From Planctomycetota bacterium (GTDB lineage: Bacteria; Planctomycetota; PLA2; JAEUHO01), in the NCBI GenBank assembly GCA_046350655.1, contig JAXMAB010000004.1:25343-89342 (forward strand): 64,000 nt of DNA, read 5' to 3'. Of the stretch, positions 29,548-39,494 are shown piece by piece. The notes under the pieces are model-generated. The model was given only the letters and a program-made list of their open reading frames with translations. It searched no databases and was not told the DNA's origin. Made by a program: the position numbers and the translations under genes. How positions within the stretch are numbered: position 1 is the first letter of the stretch; the number at the start of each line of letters is the position of its first letter.

Positions 29548-30375
29548 ATGCCTCGACGCTTCCGCGCGTGCCTGTGTCTGCTCGCGCTCGCGGGCCCGGT
29601 TCGTTCGGCCCGTTCCGATCCGCCCGCCGCTCCGCCCGCTGCACCGGCCCCGGACGCGTCGGACACCGGGGAGGCGACGGCTCGCGCCGAAGCCAGGGTC
29701 AAGGAACTCGCGGCCGAGGCGCAGAAGGCCCGCGCGGAGGTCGAGCGCGCTCTCAACGACGGCAAGCGCGACCCCACGACCGCCGTGGTGAAGGCCGCGC
29801 TCGAGAAGGCGTCCGACGTCGATCGTCGGTTGCAGGCGGCCCAGGACGAGCTCGATCGACTGCGTGACGACCGCGGCCACCGGATCGACGAGGCGCAGCG
29901 GGTGTGTGTCGAGAAGGCCGACGACGTCGTGCGAGCCAGAAAGGCCCTGGCGGGCGTGCAGTCCGGCGGACGGCCCGAAGCGGAGGTGGTCGCGGCGAAG
30001 GCCCGCGTCGCGGAGGCGCAGCAAGCGCTGCGGGACGCGCAGGCGGCGCTCGTCGCCCTGCCCGCTCCGGCCGAGCCGAGGACCCGCCCCGACTACTTCG
30101 ACCGCCTGCTGGCGCGGGCGACGGATCGCGCGGAACTGCTCGCCCAGGGGGCGAAGTCCGCCGGTGAAGCCGCGGCGGCCGTCGAGGCGACCGGTGATCC
30201 CGTGCAGATCGCGCTCTTCTACGAGCGCGCCACCAAGCTCCAGGAGCAGGCCGACGAGGCCCGCGACGTGCTCGCGCTCATCCGCTCCCTGCTCGACGCG
30301 GCCCGTCCCGCCCCGGCGCCGAAGCCCGCCGAGCCCGCCGGCGGCGGCGGTCCGACGGTCCCGCGGTCGCGGTAG
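29548..30375 (+). CDS. Secreted coiled-coil protein.
   Basis: Signal MPRRFRACLCLLALAGPVRSARS. Ala/Glu/Arg-rich heptad-like sequence. Confidence 0.45.
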   Translation: MPRRFRACLCLLALAGPVRSARSDPPAAPPAAPAPDASDTGEATARAEARVKELAAEAQKARAEVERALNDGKRDPTTAVVKAALEKASDVDRRLQAAQDELDRLRDDRGHRIDEAQRVCVEKADDVVRARKALAGVQSGGRPEAEVVAAKARVAEAQQALRDAQAALVALPAPAEPRTRPDYFDRLLARATDRAELLAQGAKSAGEAAAAVEATGDPVQIALFYERATKLQEQADEARDVLALIRSLLDAARPAPAPKPAEPAGGGGPTVPRSR

Positions 30376-30425
30376 CGATTCGTCCGGCGAATCCGACGGT
30401 TGTCCGGTCCTACGCGACCGTCGCG

Positions 30426-31649
30426 CTATTCGAGCACGAGCTCGAGGTCGATCGGCGCGTCTGCGACCGCGACCTTCTTCGCCACTCGCCCCCAGCGCTC
30501 CTTCCCCTTCGCCATCGCGCCGACGGTCCACGTGCCCGGCGTCAGGCGGAGGAGGAACGTGCCGTCCGGGGCGATCTCGACCCGTCGCACCGGGTCGTCG
30601 GGGGAGTCCGACGTGGCGTCGGCCTTCGCGCCGGCGAGGTCGGAGGCCCCGCGAAGCCGTCCACGGATCTCCGCTCCCGCCGACAGACGCAGCGTGACGA
30701 TCGTCTCGGAGGGTGCGACGCCGACGAGCGAGCCCACCCGCGGCTCCGAGCCCCCGAGTTCGCGGAATCGGAGGTCGTACCGCCGGTCCGGCGCGAGGCC
30801 TTCGACGTCCACATCGACGACGTCGGCGCTGCCGCGCCCCGCGAGGTCCGATCCGCCGGAGGCGAGCCGGCCCTTGACGTTCCACGTCAGGTCGGACTTC
30901 GAACGGTTCTCGAGGTGGACGCGAATCCGTTGCGGTCGCGTGTTCACCCGAAAGGTCGCTTCCCGCGCATCGCTTCGGACCTCGGTCCACGCGTCGGGCT
31001 CCAACCGGACGGTCGACCCGCGCGCCGTCGCCTGCACTCGCCGGGTCGTGTTCGGCTCCATGACGAGCTCGAACGTCCCGGAGGCGTCCGCGAGGCCGAG
31101 CCGGTAGGCGCCGGCTCCGTTCGCCTCGACGTGGAACGCCGCCGCGGCCACGGGCGTCGCTCCATCGCTCGCGTCCACCGCGCGCAGGAGGACCGTCGGG
31201 TTCAGTTGGACGGTCACGACGTCGTCGCGGGAGCGCCACGGCGACCGATGAACGCGCGGGAAGGCGGGCGGGGGGTGGTGTCGCGTCCGCGAAACCAGGG
31301 TGTCCATCACGATCGGCGGTCCGGCGACGGGGCTCACCGTCAGCTCGCACTCCAGGTCCCTCGGCAGGTCGACCAGCGTCGCGATCCCGTTGGGCCCGGT
31401 CGTCGCCGAGACGGGACGGGTCATCTCGATCGTGGGCGCGGCAAGCGGCTGGACCCAGAGGTGCGCGCCCGCGACCGGTGCTCCGGTCTGGGACAACACG
31501 CGGACCTCGACGTCCTTCGTCGCGCGCGCCGCGATCTCGCCTCGCCCGCAGGCGCCGAGGCCCGAGGCGAGGACGCAGATCAGGACGACCCGCGACGACG
31601 CGACCCACCACGGCTGTGCGCGCAACGGTCCGTATGACCCCCTGTGCAT
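30426..31649 (-). CDS. Lipoprotein with carboxypeptidase-regulatory-like / Ig-like beta-sandwich repeats.
   Basis: ATG at 31649..31647. Lipobox LASGLGAC. Repeated 'TxxNGxATL' and 'DASGTFEL' motifs. Confidence 0.5.
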   Translation of the reverse strand: MHRGSYGPLRAQPWWVASSRVVLICVLASGLGACGRGEIAARATKDVEVRVLSQTGAPVAGAHLWVQPLAAPTIEMTRPVSATTGPNGIATLVDLPRDLECELTVSPVAGPPIVMDTLVSRTRHHPPPAFPRVHRSPWRSRDDVVTVQLNPTVLLRAVDASDGATPVAAAAFHVEANGAGAYRLGLADASGTFELVMEPNTTRRVQATARGSTVRLEPDAWTEVRSDAREATFRVNTRPQRIRVHLENRSKSDLTWNVKGRLASGGSDLAGRGSADVVDVDVEGLAPDRRYDLRFRELGGSEPRVGSLVGVAPSETIVTLRLSAGAEIRGRLRGASDLAGAKADATSDSPDDPVRRVEIAPDGTFLLRLTPGTWTVGAMAKGKERWGRVAKKVAVADAPIDLELVLE

Positions 31650-31716
31650 AGGTCCTCCCCCGGCCGATCCGCCCGGGTCGGTACCCCTCGTCGTCTGCTT
31701 CATTGAGTTCGGCCGG

Positions 31717-32148
31717 ATGGGGCCGCCGACGGACCGCGAGGGTGTCCGGATCGAGCGCGCCGACAGGGTACCCCACGCGAAGACCCCCGAGGGGCGGCTC
31801 CTGCGGGACCCGCTCGACGCGTTCGCCGAGTACGAGCGGTCGATGATCCGGGCCCGGACCGTCGCCGCGCTCCGTGCCCGCCGGGAACGGGGCCTTCGGT
31901 TCACGCTCCATCCGCCGTACGGGTGGCGGTTCGTCGGCGGCCGGATGGTCGCGGACCCCGCGCAGCAGAAGACGTTGGTCCGGATGCGGACGTTGCGGTC
32001 GCGCGGCGAGACGTACCGGGCGATCGGGGCGCGGCTGCTGGCCGAAGGGCGCCGTCCCGCCCGGGCCAAGGCGTGGTCGATCGGGATGGTGCGGTCGCTC
32101 GTCCACCGCGCGCCGCCGGATGGTGGCGCCGCCCGCCGGGGGGCATGA
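31717..32148 (+). pseudogene. Serine-recombinase (resolvase / large serine recombinase) fragment. It lacks the catalytic N-terminus and most of the C-terminal domain.
   Basis: AEYERSMIRARTVAALRARRERG...HPPYGWR...YRAIGARLLAEG..WSIGMVRSLVH matches the conserved end of the resolvase domain and the start of the recombinase domain. Only about 144 aa. Confidence 0.55.
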
Positions 32149-32238
32149 CGCCCCCGCGAACTTTGAATCTTCCTTGATCTCGCCCCGCGGGATCGCGGAT
32201 CGGCCGCGCGCAGGAACCCCCGTTCGGACGCGGAAAAT

Positions 32239-32300
32239 GGCGGAGAGGGCGGGATTCGAACCCGCGATACAGTGTTACCCGTATGCCGGCTTAGCAATCT
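32239..32300 (-). repeat. Distal attachment-site repeat: duplicated 3' end of tRNA-Ser. 29 nt identical to 46010-46038, then about 80% identity for roughly another 30 nt.
   Basis: tggcggagagggcgggattcgaacccgcg occurs at both 32239 and 46010. No complementary 5' acceptor strand nearby, so this is not an intact tRNA. Confidence 0.6.
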
Positions 32301-32601
32301 GGCGAGCGTCCTCGCGCCAAGACCGTGTGTTTTCGGGGTTTGGGGCGTCCGCATGCGAGTTAGGGACCTCCTACCTCATGCGGCACAAAGCGCAATAGAG
32401 GCGCAAGCGGACAGCGGAATCCTCGTTTGCTGACGTGGCTGCTGACGCGGAGTGCGGCGGCCCCGTCCCCGTCCCGGGGCGTCGTGGGCGCCTGCCGGGG
32501 CGGTGCGCCGCCTGCGAACGCGCCCGGCGCCGCCGCGTCCGGGGCCCCATCCAGGGGGTGAGCCCGGCGGAGTGGGCCGCGCTGCGGCCCGAGGAGGCGT
32601 A

Positions 32602-33054
32602 ATGGTCGCTCGCACCGAGCTCGGTCGTGTCCGCGTGGAGACGAGGCGCATCGCCGACCTCGTCCCGGCCCCGTACAACCCGCGCCGGATCTCGGACGAC
32701 GCCCTCGCCGGCCTCGGGGAGTCGATCGGGCGCTTCGGCCTCGTCCAGCCCGTGATCGTGAACTCCCGGACCGGGCGGATCGTCGGGGGGCATCAGCGCC
32801 TGAAGGCCCTCGCGGCTCGAGGCGTCGAGGAGACCGACGTCGTCGTCGTGGACCTCCCCGAGGCCGAGGATAAGGCGCTCAACCTCGCGCTCAACTCCCA
32901 GGCGATCTCGGGGGAGTGGACCGCGGACGCGCTCGCCCTCGTGGAGGAGGCCACGTGGCGCGACGCCGCGGGCACGGGGCCCCGCGCGAGACCACGCCGC
33001 GCCCCCTCCTTCGGGAGGGGGCCCTCTACTGGGCCGACAATGGCCGCGTGATCT
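32602..33054 (+). CDS. ParB-N-terminal-domain (ParB/Srx-like nuclease fold) protein. A truncated duplicate of the N-terminus of the ParB-methyltransferase gene at 38154.
   Basis: ATG at 32602 with GAGGAGG RBS. First ~115 aa nearly identical to the product of 38154..39494, then diverges to low complexity. Confidence 0.5.
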
Positions 33055-33389
33055 GCGTGAAGTGCGCCGGCATGTCAGCCCTCTACACCGGCCGCGACAT
33101 CAGCGGCCAGCCCGTCGAGCGCGTCACCGTCGAGGACGTGCGCGCGTGGCCCGAGGACCTCGGGGTCCTCCACTGCGAGTCGAACTGCACCGCGCTCTCG
33201 CCGATCGCGGGCCCCGACGGGTGGCCGATGGCGAAGGCCGCCGTCTGCCCGTGCTGGTGCGAGGGGAAGATCGCCGACCACGACGACCGCGGGTGGGCCC
33301 CGTGGGCCTGCCCGGACTGCGGGGACGACAGCGACACGGATCTCGGGAAGCCGTGCACGGGGTGCGCGAAGGGACCCGACGTCCCATAG
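33048..33389 (+). CDS. Cys-rich (at least 12 Cys) putative zinc-binding protein. It may be the frameshifted C-terminal part of the preceding ParB-like gene.
   Basis: CxxC-type pairs (CVKC, CPCWC, CPDC, CTGC). Start is uncertain: GTG at 33048 or ATG at 33072. Confidence 0.35.
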   Translation: MICVKCAGMSALYTGRDISGQPVERVTVEDVRAWPEDLGVLHCESNCTALSPIAGPDGWPMAKAAVCPCWCEGKIADHDDRGWAPWACPDCGDDSDTDLGKPCTGCAKGPDVP

Positions 33390-33458
33390 CTCAAGCCGCG
33401 GCGCTGTGCGCCACTCGCCCGTGAGGCCGAAGCCTCGCGGGCGTTCTCGGTCGGTGGC

Positions 33459-33899
33459 ATGGGATCAACGGAAGAGTATGCTGCCCCGCCTCGTCCAAGC
33501 GGGCGGAGGGTCGTCTTCGTGCGATCGCTTCTCGTTGTCGCACTCGCGCTCACGGGGTGCTGCTGCCCCACGCGCTCATGCGTTCGGCCGTCGCACGTCG
33601 CGCAGATTCGTCGGGAGTTGCGCGAGGGAATGTCGTTCGACGAGGTGTCCGAGATCGTCCATCGGCACCAGGAGTCGCCGAGCGGGGCGATCGGCGGGCT
33701 CGGCTCCGCTAGTTGGTCGCTCGCCGACGGTGAGAGGCTCACGCTCGTGTTCGACGCCGACTACCCGGGCAAGGCAGTCGGGCTTCAGGAGACGACCAGT
33801 ACCGTGTCGGATGAGGCGCCGCCGTCGATGCGTCACCCTTGGCTGTCGCGGCTGATGCGCGCGGCCGACTTCGCGCCCGAACACGACCGCGATCCGTAG
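33459..33899 (+). CDS. Putative lipoprotein (LALTGCCC).
   Basis: Signal-like RRVVFVRSLLVVALALTGC. Start uncertain. Confidence 0.4.
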   Translation: MGSTEEYAAPPRPSGRRVVFVRSLLVVALALTGCCCPTRSCVRPSHVAQIRRELREGMSFDEVSEIVHRHQESPSGAIGGLGSASWSLADGERLTLVFDADYPGKAVGLQETTSTVSDEAPPSMRHPWLSRLMRAADFAPEHDRDP

Positions 33900-34010
33900 C
33901 CGGACGGAGAGCGCGCGCACGGCGGCGCTCCGCGCCTACGCCCGAGAGGCCGACGCCTCGCGGGCGTTCTCGTTCCGGGCGCTACCATGCACAGTTCGGA
34001 GGCGCATGTC

Positions 34011-34223
34011 ATGAAGATCCCCGCCAAGCCGGGTGCTCTCGCGAACGGCGTCGCCTTCGGCCTTCTCTTCACAGCGTTCCAGTGGGGCTGGGACGCCATC
34101 GAGGGGAAGATCGCGCCTTGGCCTCGCTGGGCCCTGGCCTACGGCAGTGCCATGCTCGTCGCGAGCACCCTGTGGGGCCTGTTCTGGTGGTGGCTGCAAC
34201 GCCGCGAGGCAAGACGCAAGTAG
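34011..34223 (+). CDS. Small membrane protein (2 TM, Trp-rich).
   Basis: MKIPAKPGALANGVAFGLLFTAFQWGW...LWGLFWWWL. Confidence 0.4.
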   Translation: MKIPAKPGALANGVAFGLLFTAFQWGWDAIEGKIAPWPRWALAYGSAMLVASTLWGLFWWWLQRREARRK

Positions 34224-34344
34224 GACGATGTCGTGCGCGTGACGCTGCACGGGCAGGACGGGGCGGTGCTGTTCGAGGGCGAGGTGCGGTAGCGCGCCTC
34301 TCTGGCCTACCACGCGCCTGACTCCGGGAGAGGATTCCGACAGA

Positions 34345-36015
34345 TCACCAGGTCAGTGGAAACGGCGTGATGGCATTGGCCTTCACGTGGCCGATGATCC
34401 GCGCGCGCTCCTCGCCACCGAGTGACACTACCAGTTCGACGTCCCCTTCGGCGAACGGGCCGAGGATCATCCCGGGCCGCGCGATCGACGCGCTCTCGCC
34501 GTCGCAGTCGTCACTCTCGATGTCGTGTGCGTCTCGTTCGCCAAGCCACGCGCCGTCCGCCCTTCGGATCGTCAGTGTGCCGAGCCCCGGCGTCGGGACG
34601 CGGGGACTCGTCGCCAGGAGGTACCCACCGGGCACGAGAGTGAGCTTCAGGCGACCGCGACTGGGAACCTCTATCGGGCGGCTCACCCACCAGGCTCCCC
34701 ACTCGGCGATCACCCTCGAGCCGGGGCGCACGTCCTCCAGCCGGTTCTCGTGCTCGATGTAGAACCCGAAGTCGTCGGCCCTGCCTGCCGTGGGACCCGT
34801 GACGTGCAGGAACGGAGAGTCAGTGCGGGGGGGCTTGCGAGCGCACTCGACGTCCACCCCGTCCAGGAAGGGCAGGTCGTCGGCGCGAACGGCGATATCG
34901 ATTGGGGGGGCCGCCGTGGGCTCGCCGGTCGCCCCGGGGAGCGTGACCTCGCCGGGGGCGATCCCGTCGCCCCTCCACCTGAGCTTCGCCGGCTTCGCGG
35001 CGGGGACGATCGTCAGCGACCCGGCTTGCGGACTCCCATCCTTCCACTCGAGCGTCCCGTCGAGGTTCATCTCGTCGGGCGTCCCCTCCGCGTAGCGGGT
35101 GACCATGTCCGATCGCCTGAGCCCGGGCGGAACGGAACCGGTGACGGTGAATCGGATCGGGACCTCGATCAGCGGCTCCGGCGCCGGATCTCGGCGGAAG
35201 GTCACGCGTCCGGGAGCCCGCACGACCGCGGGATCGGCTAGCCATCCGGCGCCGAGCCAATGCCCCGACTTCTCTTCGCCCTCGACCTCGAGCCAGAGCC
35301 GGTAGGGCACGCCCTTTGGCAATTCCACATTCCCGGAATGGATCGCGAGCGACCATCGCTCGTCGTTCGGCTCGCCCCGCGCGGGGTAGTAGGAAGGGCG
35401 TGCCTTCGGCTCGCCTTCCTCCTCGGCATAGACCCGAGCCCGAGCGGGGTCGACTCCCGCCACATCCACCGTCACCGAGGCGAGCGCGGGGAGTCGGACC
35501 TCCACGCGCGACGTCCCGCCCGCCGCCACGGGCACGTCGAGCAAGAGCGCACGCGGCTCCTCCTTCCCGGGGAAGACGACGCCGACGTCGTACTTGGCGA
35601 CCGTGGGCACGGGGATCCGCGCGGCCCCGTTCGCGTCGATTTCGGCCTGCGGCCAGTCGGGCATCGTCGTCTCTGACACCCTTCCGACGCGCACCGCGTA
35701 CGCGATTGCGCCGCTTGCGGGCTTCCCGTCGGCCCGGAGCGCAGTCACCTCGATCCACCCCGCTACGTCGCTGCCCTGAGCGGGCTCAGCCGACGTTTGT
35801 GGGGGAGACCCAGCGCGCGCATTGAGGTCGATGTCGTCCCACGTCCAGCCCGGGGTGGCCGCCCATGTCCGGCCGCCGTCGTTCGACACGAAGAGTCCGC
35901 CGTAAGGCGACTGCGCCCGGATCACATCCTGCTGGGCGGGGGGGCAGCACGGACGCGAGCGGCAGCAACCCCCGAAGAGCGTGACGAGCGCAAGCGCCGG
36001 AGCAACGAGCCGCAT
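34345..36015 (-). CDS. Secreted hypothetical protein (556 aa) on the island.
   Basis: Signal MRLVAPALALVTLFGGCC. Balanced beta-rich composition. Confidence 0.55.
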   Translation of the reverse strand: MRLVAPALALVTLFGGCCRSRPCCPPAQQDVIRAQSPYGGLFVSNDGGRTWAATPGWTWDDIDLNARAGSPPQTSAEPAQGSDVAGWIEVTALRADGKPASGAIAYAVRVGRVSETTMPDWPQAEIDANGAARIPVPTVAKYDVGVVFPGKEEPRALLLDVPVAAGGTSRVEVRLPALASVTVDVAGVDPARARVYAEEEGEPKARPSYYPARGEPNDERWSLAIHSGNVELPKGVPYRLWLEVEGEEKSGHWLGAGWLADPAVVRAPGRVTFRRDPAPEPLIEVPIRFTVTGSVPPGLRRSDMVTRYAEGTPDEMNLDGTLEWKDGSPQAGSLTIVPAAKPAKLRWRGDGIAPGEVTLPGATGEPTAAPPIDIAVRADDLPFLDGVDVECARKPPRTDSPFLHVTGPTAGRADDFGFYIEHENRLEDVRPGSRVIAEWGAWWVSRPIEVPSRGRLKLTLVPGGYLLATSPRVPTPGLGTLTIRRADGAWLGERDAHDIESDDCDGESASIARPGMILGPFAEGDVELVVSLGGEERARIIGHVKANAITPFPLTW

Positions 36016-36036
36016 GCAGCCTCCGAAGGTAAGAGC

Positions 36037-37290
36037 CTACTTCCTGCCGTCCACTGGCGACCCGTGCTGCGCCCGTCGCGCGGACCACCATCTCTTCGCT
36101 TCGGCGACGACCTCTGCCCAGTCGCCGCGCGTGACCTTCGCGGTCATCCGCGCCTTGTCCAATGCGTGCCCTGAGATGTCGTCCAGGATGGCGAGAGCGA
36201 CGTCTCGCATTCGATCGACTTGCATCTCTCGATGGAACCGTCCCTGAAACGAGCTTACGTGTCGGACGTACGTGTCGTCGTCGAGTGCCTCGATGAGGTG
36301 CGGAACGGCGGCGTCCCCGAGCGCTCGGAGTCGCTCCGCCGCGGATGTGGGCGAATGACCAGTTACCCTCGCGAGATCCGGATCCATCAGTTCCGCGCCG
36401 CCAGGGACACGCAGCGCGGTAATCAGGTCGGCGACTGTATCGGGGTTCGATCCGCAGCGGGCGCTCACCTCACGGGCCGCGTCACTCGCCTCCCGCGCGA
36501 CGGTGCGGTCGATCAGTGCCGCCGCCTCGACTGCGCGATCGCTCACGTCGGGCCCAGAGGCCCACCTGGCGAACTCACGACGGATGTCGGACCACGTCGC
36601 GCCTGGATCTCCGAGTCGCCCGTTCGCCGCGAGCAGCGCTCCGTAGCGGATCAACTTCTTCCATCGCGAAAGTCTGTCGTCGGAATCGGATGCGCCGTTG
36701 CCTGCCGTCGCCAACGGGAGCAGGGAGAGCGCCTGCCCGCGAAGACCTCGCGCCGCGCAAGCTCGAGCGAGCACGAGGAGACGGTAGGTCGCCTTCTGCC
36801 AATACTCCCGCTCGAAGACGAACGGATCGACGATGCGGTTCTGTGGCTGAGGGCTCGCTAGGAGCGCGACGCCTGCATCGACCGTCGCTGCGAGGTCCGC
36901 GCGCTCGAAGCCAGCGGAGTTGGCGGTCTCGCCACCTCGCGGCTTCTCCCAACTGCGTGTCCAGAGGTCTGTCCCGAGAACGGTGAAGTCGCGATCGGTC
37001 TCCGAAAGCAGAAAGCCCTGATCCCAGCCATCGCCGGGACCGCCAGCGGCCCTTCCCCATCCGGGGCGGTATCGGACGAACGGACTGTCCTTGAGATCTG
37101 GAAGGCCGATCTCATCCCACCACTTGAAGAACGCGGTCGCGTCGTCCTGCAGGGAACGGGTGTCGTCGGCTGCGGAAGCTCCGCCAGCCACCGCGGAGAC
37201 GACGAAGCCCACCGCGAGTAGGAACGCCCGGAGCACCGCGCGGGGAAACGGGCGTTTGTGCTCGAGGTTCAGCACCCTGCGATCGAGCAT
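36037..37290 (-). CDS. Secreted hypothetical protein (417 aa). Immediately upstream of 34345..36015, so likely an operon.
   Basis: ATG at 37290..37288 (MLDRRVLNLEHKRPFPRAVLRAFLLAVGFVVSAVAGGASAADD). Confidence 0.55.
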   Translation of the reverse strand: MLDRRVLNLEHKRPFPRAVLRAFLLAVGFVVSAVAGGASAADDTRSLQDDATAFFKWWDEIGLPDLKDSPFVRYRPGWGRAAGGPGDGWDQGFLLSETDRDFTVLGTDLWTRSWEKPRGGETANSAGFERADLAATVDAGVALLASPQPQNRIVDPFVFEREYWQKATYRLLVLARACAARGLRGQALSLLPLATAGNGASDSDDRLSRWKKLIRYGALLAANGRLGDPGATWSDIRREFARWASGPDVSDRAVEAAALIDRTVAREASDAAREVSARCGSNPDTVADLITALRVPGGAELMDPDLARVTGHSPTSAAERLRALGDAAVPHLIEALDDDTYVRHVSSFQGRFHREMQVDRMRDVALAILDDISGHALDKARMTAKVTRGDWAEVVAEAKRWWSARRAQHGSPVDGRK

Positions 37291-37353
37291 ACCAGTCGGC
37301 GCACGTGGTAGGATTCCCCCGCGCTCAACCCAGCGGGCGCGTGCCGAGGCGTC

Positions 37354-38154
37354 ATGCCGTCGAAGCCGCGTTCGCTCGCTGGGATCCTCCACCGCCGTCG
37401 TGCCGCGGACGCGGAGTACAACCGTGCCCGCCGTAGCGATCCCGACCGGGGCGTCGAGGACGCGGTCGTCTCGTCCGCGCGATGGAAGGCGCTGCGCGCG
37501 CGGCTCCTCCGCGACGAACCCCTCTGCCGTGCGTGCGCGGCCGCGGGTCGCACCGAGCTCGCGACGCAGGTAGACCACGTCGTCCCCGTGCGGGCGCGCC
37601 CCGACCTCGCGTACGACCCCGGGAACTGCCAGCCCCTATGCGGGCCCTGCCACGGTGCCAAGACGGCAACGGAGCGGGCGTCCGGGGGGGTGGGGGGGCC
37701 TGCGGACTCTCACGCATCGGCCGCCTACGGCGGGGCGCGGGGCGCGTCGCAATTTTCACGGGTTAGCCCTCCCGCCGTGTCCGCCCCCCCGGATCGCCAT
37801 GGAAGGCCGGCAGATCCGGCCTTGGCGGGCGATCGGGGCGCCCAGGACGCCCCCCAGGGCGCCCCCGCCGCCGCGGACGCCCAAACGCCCGCCAGGCCTC
37901 AGGGACGCGCCCCTACGGGCGATTCGGCGCCTCCCGTGGGCTCTGACGCGAAACCCGCCCTTTCGTGGGGTATCCCCCCGCCTGGAACCCCCCTTTCGGG
38001 GGGTGTCACCCCCCCGGAACGCCCCCTCTCGCCCCGGGACATCGACGCCATGGCGGTCGGCGTGGCCCTCACCCACGGCCTCCCCCTCGAGGCGGTCCGG
38101 TCCCGGATCGAGGCGGCCCTCGCCCGCGGGGAGCGGGTCCTGGAGTTCCCCTGA
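37354..38154 (+). CDS. HNH endonuclease with a long low-complexity linker and a C-terminal helical region.
   Basis: CRAC...DHVVP...NCQPLCGPCH (HNH/zinc-hook signature). Stop TGA overlaps the next gene's ATG. Confidence 0.6.
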   Translation: MPSKPRSLAGILHRRRAADAEYNRARRSDPDRGVEDAVVSSARWKALRARLLRDEPLCRACAAAGRTELATQVDHVVPVRARPDLAYDPGNCQPLCGPCHGAKTATERASGGVGGPADSHASAAYGGARGASQFSRVSPPAVSAPPDRHGRPADPALAGDRGAQDAPQGAPAAADAQTPARPQGRAPTGDSAPPVGSDAKPALSWGIPPPGTPLSGGVTPPERPLSPRDIDAMAVGVALTHGLPLEAVRSRIEAALARGERVLEFP

Positions 38155-39494
38155 TGGCCACCCCCGCCCACCTCGGCCGCGTCCGCGTCGAGACCCGCCG
38201 GGTCGCCGACCTCCTGCCGGCGCCCTACAACCCCCGGCGCATCTCCGACGAGGCGCTCGCGGGGCTGGGGGAGTCCATCGGGAGGTTCGGCCTCGTCCAG
38301 CCCGTGATCGTGAACTCCCGCACGGGGCGGATCGTCGGGGGGCACCAGCGGCTCAAGGTCCTCGCGGCCCGGGGCGTCGAGGAGACCGACGTCGTCGTCG
38401 TGGACCTCCCCGAGGCCGAGGAGAAGGCCCTCAACCTCGCCCTCAACAGCCAGGCGATCTCCGGCGAGTGGACCGAGGGCGCGCTCGCCCTCGTCGAGGA
38501 GGTGGCGAAGTCGCTGCCCGACCTCTCGGCGGCTCTCCGCATGGGCGACCTCGACGAGGCGCTGCGGGACCTCTTCTCCGGCGAGGCGATCGTAGTCGAG
38601 GAGGACGAGGTCCCCGAGCCCCCCGACGACCCGGTGACGAAGCCGGGCGACCTCTGGGTGCTCGGCGACCACCGCCTGCTGTGCGGGGACTCGGGTTCCC
38701 CCGCCGACCTCGACCGGCTCCTCGCCGGCGTCCCCGTCCACCTGCTCAACACCGACCCGCCCTACAACGTGAAGGTCGAGCCGCGCTCGAACAACGCGAT
38801 CGCGGCGGGGCTCTCGTCGTTCCAGGCGCCGCAGACGCGACACCACCAGGCGATGGACCTCGCCCGCCACCCGGGGAAGTCCAAGCCCACGCACAAGAAG
38901 ATGCGGGCGAAGGACCGCCCGCTCGCGAACGACTTCCTGCCCGACGAGGAGTTCGAGAAGCGGCTGCGCGCGTGGTTCGGCAACGCCTCGCGGGTCCTCC
39001 TGCCGGGCCGTGGCTTCTACATCTGGGGCGGGTACGCGAACGTCGCGAACTACCCGCCGGCCTTGAAGGAGGCCGGCTTCTACTTCAGCCAGACCATCAT
39101 CTGGGACAAGCAGCACCCGGTCCTGACGCGGAAGGACTTCATGGGTGCGCACGAGTGGTGCTTCTACGGCTGGAAGGAGGGCGCCGCTCACCAGTTCTTC
39201 GGGCCCGCGAACGTGCCCGACCTCTGGCCGGTGAAGAAGGTGAACCCGCAGTCGATGGTCCACCTCACGGAGAAGCCCGTCGAGCTCGCGGCGCGCGCGA
39301 TCCAGTACTCCTCGCGCGCGGGCGAGAACGTGCTCGACCTCTTTGGCGGCTCGGGCTCGACTCTGATCGCGGCGGAGAAGACCGGCCGACGCGCGTTCCT
39401 GATGGAACTCGACCCGGCGTACTGCGACGTGATCGTCCAGCGCTGGGAGAACGCCGCGGGAAAGAAGTCGGAGCGGGAGGCTACTCGTGCGTAG
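38154..39494 (+). CDS. ParB-N-terminal domain fused to an N6-adenine/N4-cytosine DNA methyltransferase (DPPY motif). Phage-type orphan MTase.
   Basis: ATG at 38154. ParB-like GGHQRLKVLAARG. MTase motif IV NTDPPYN and SAM-binding FGGSGSTLIAAEKTGR. Confidence 0.75.
   Translation: MATPAHLGRVRVETRRVADLLPAPYNPRRISDEALAGLGESIGRFGLVQPVIVNSRTGRIVGGHQRLKVLAARGVEETDVVVVDLPEAEEKALNLALNSQAISGEWTEGALALVEEVAKSLPDLSAALRMGDLDEALRDLFSGEAIVVEEDEVPEPPDDPVTKPGDLWVLGDHRLLCGDSGSPADLDRLLAGVPVHLLNTDPPYNVKVEPRSNNAIAAGLSSFQAPQTRHHQAMDLARHPGKSKPTHKKMRAKDRPLANDFLPDEEFEKRLRAWFGNASRVLLPGRGFYIWGGYANVANYPPALKEAGFYFSQTIIWDKQHPVLTRKDFMGAHEWCFYGWKEGAAHQFFGPANVPDLWPVKKVNPQSMVHLTEKPVELAARAIQYSSRAGENVLDLFGGSGSTLIAAEKTGRRAFLMELDPAYCDVIVQRWENAAGKKSEREATRA

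Noticed and set aside
28348-32106. 1252-aa minus-strand ORF spanning 28348..32106.
   Set aside because: Arg-rich with no protein-like segments. Real genes in the interval are 28111..29379 (plus), 29548..30375 (plus) and 30426..31649 (minus).
32239-32620. Possible tmRNA (ssrA) at 32239, because the sequence ends with a tRNA-like T-arm, acceptor strand and CCA.
   Set aside because: No complementary 5' acceptor strand (GGAGAGG) and no recognisable tag-peptide reading frame upstream. The 3' segment is instead a diverged duplicate of the tRNA-Ser 3' half at 46010, so it is the distal att repeat.
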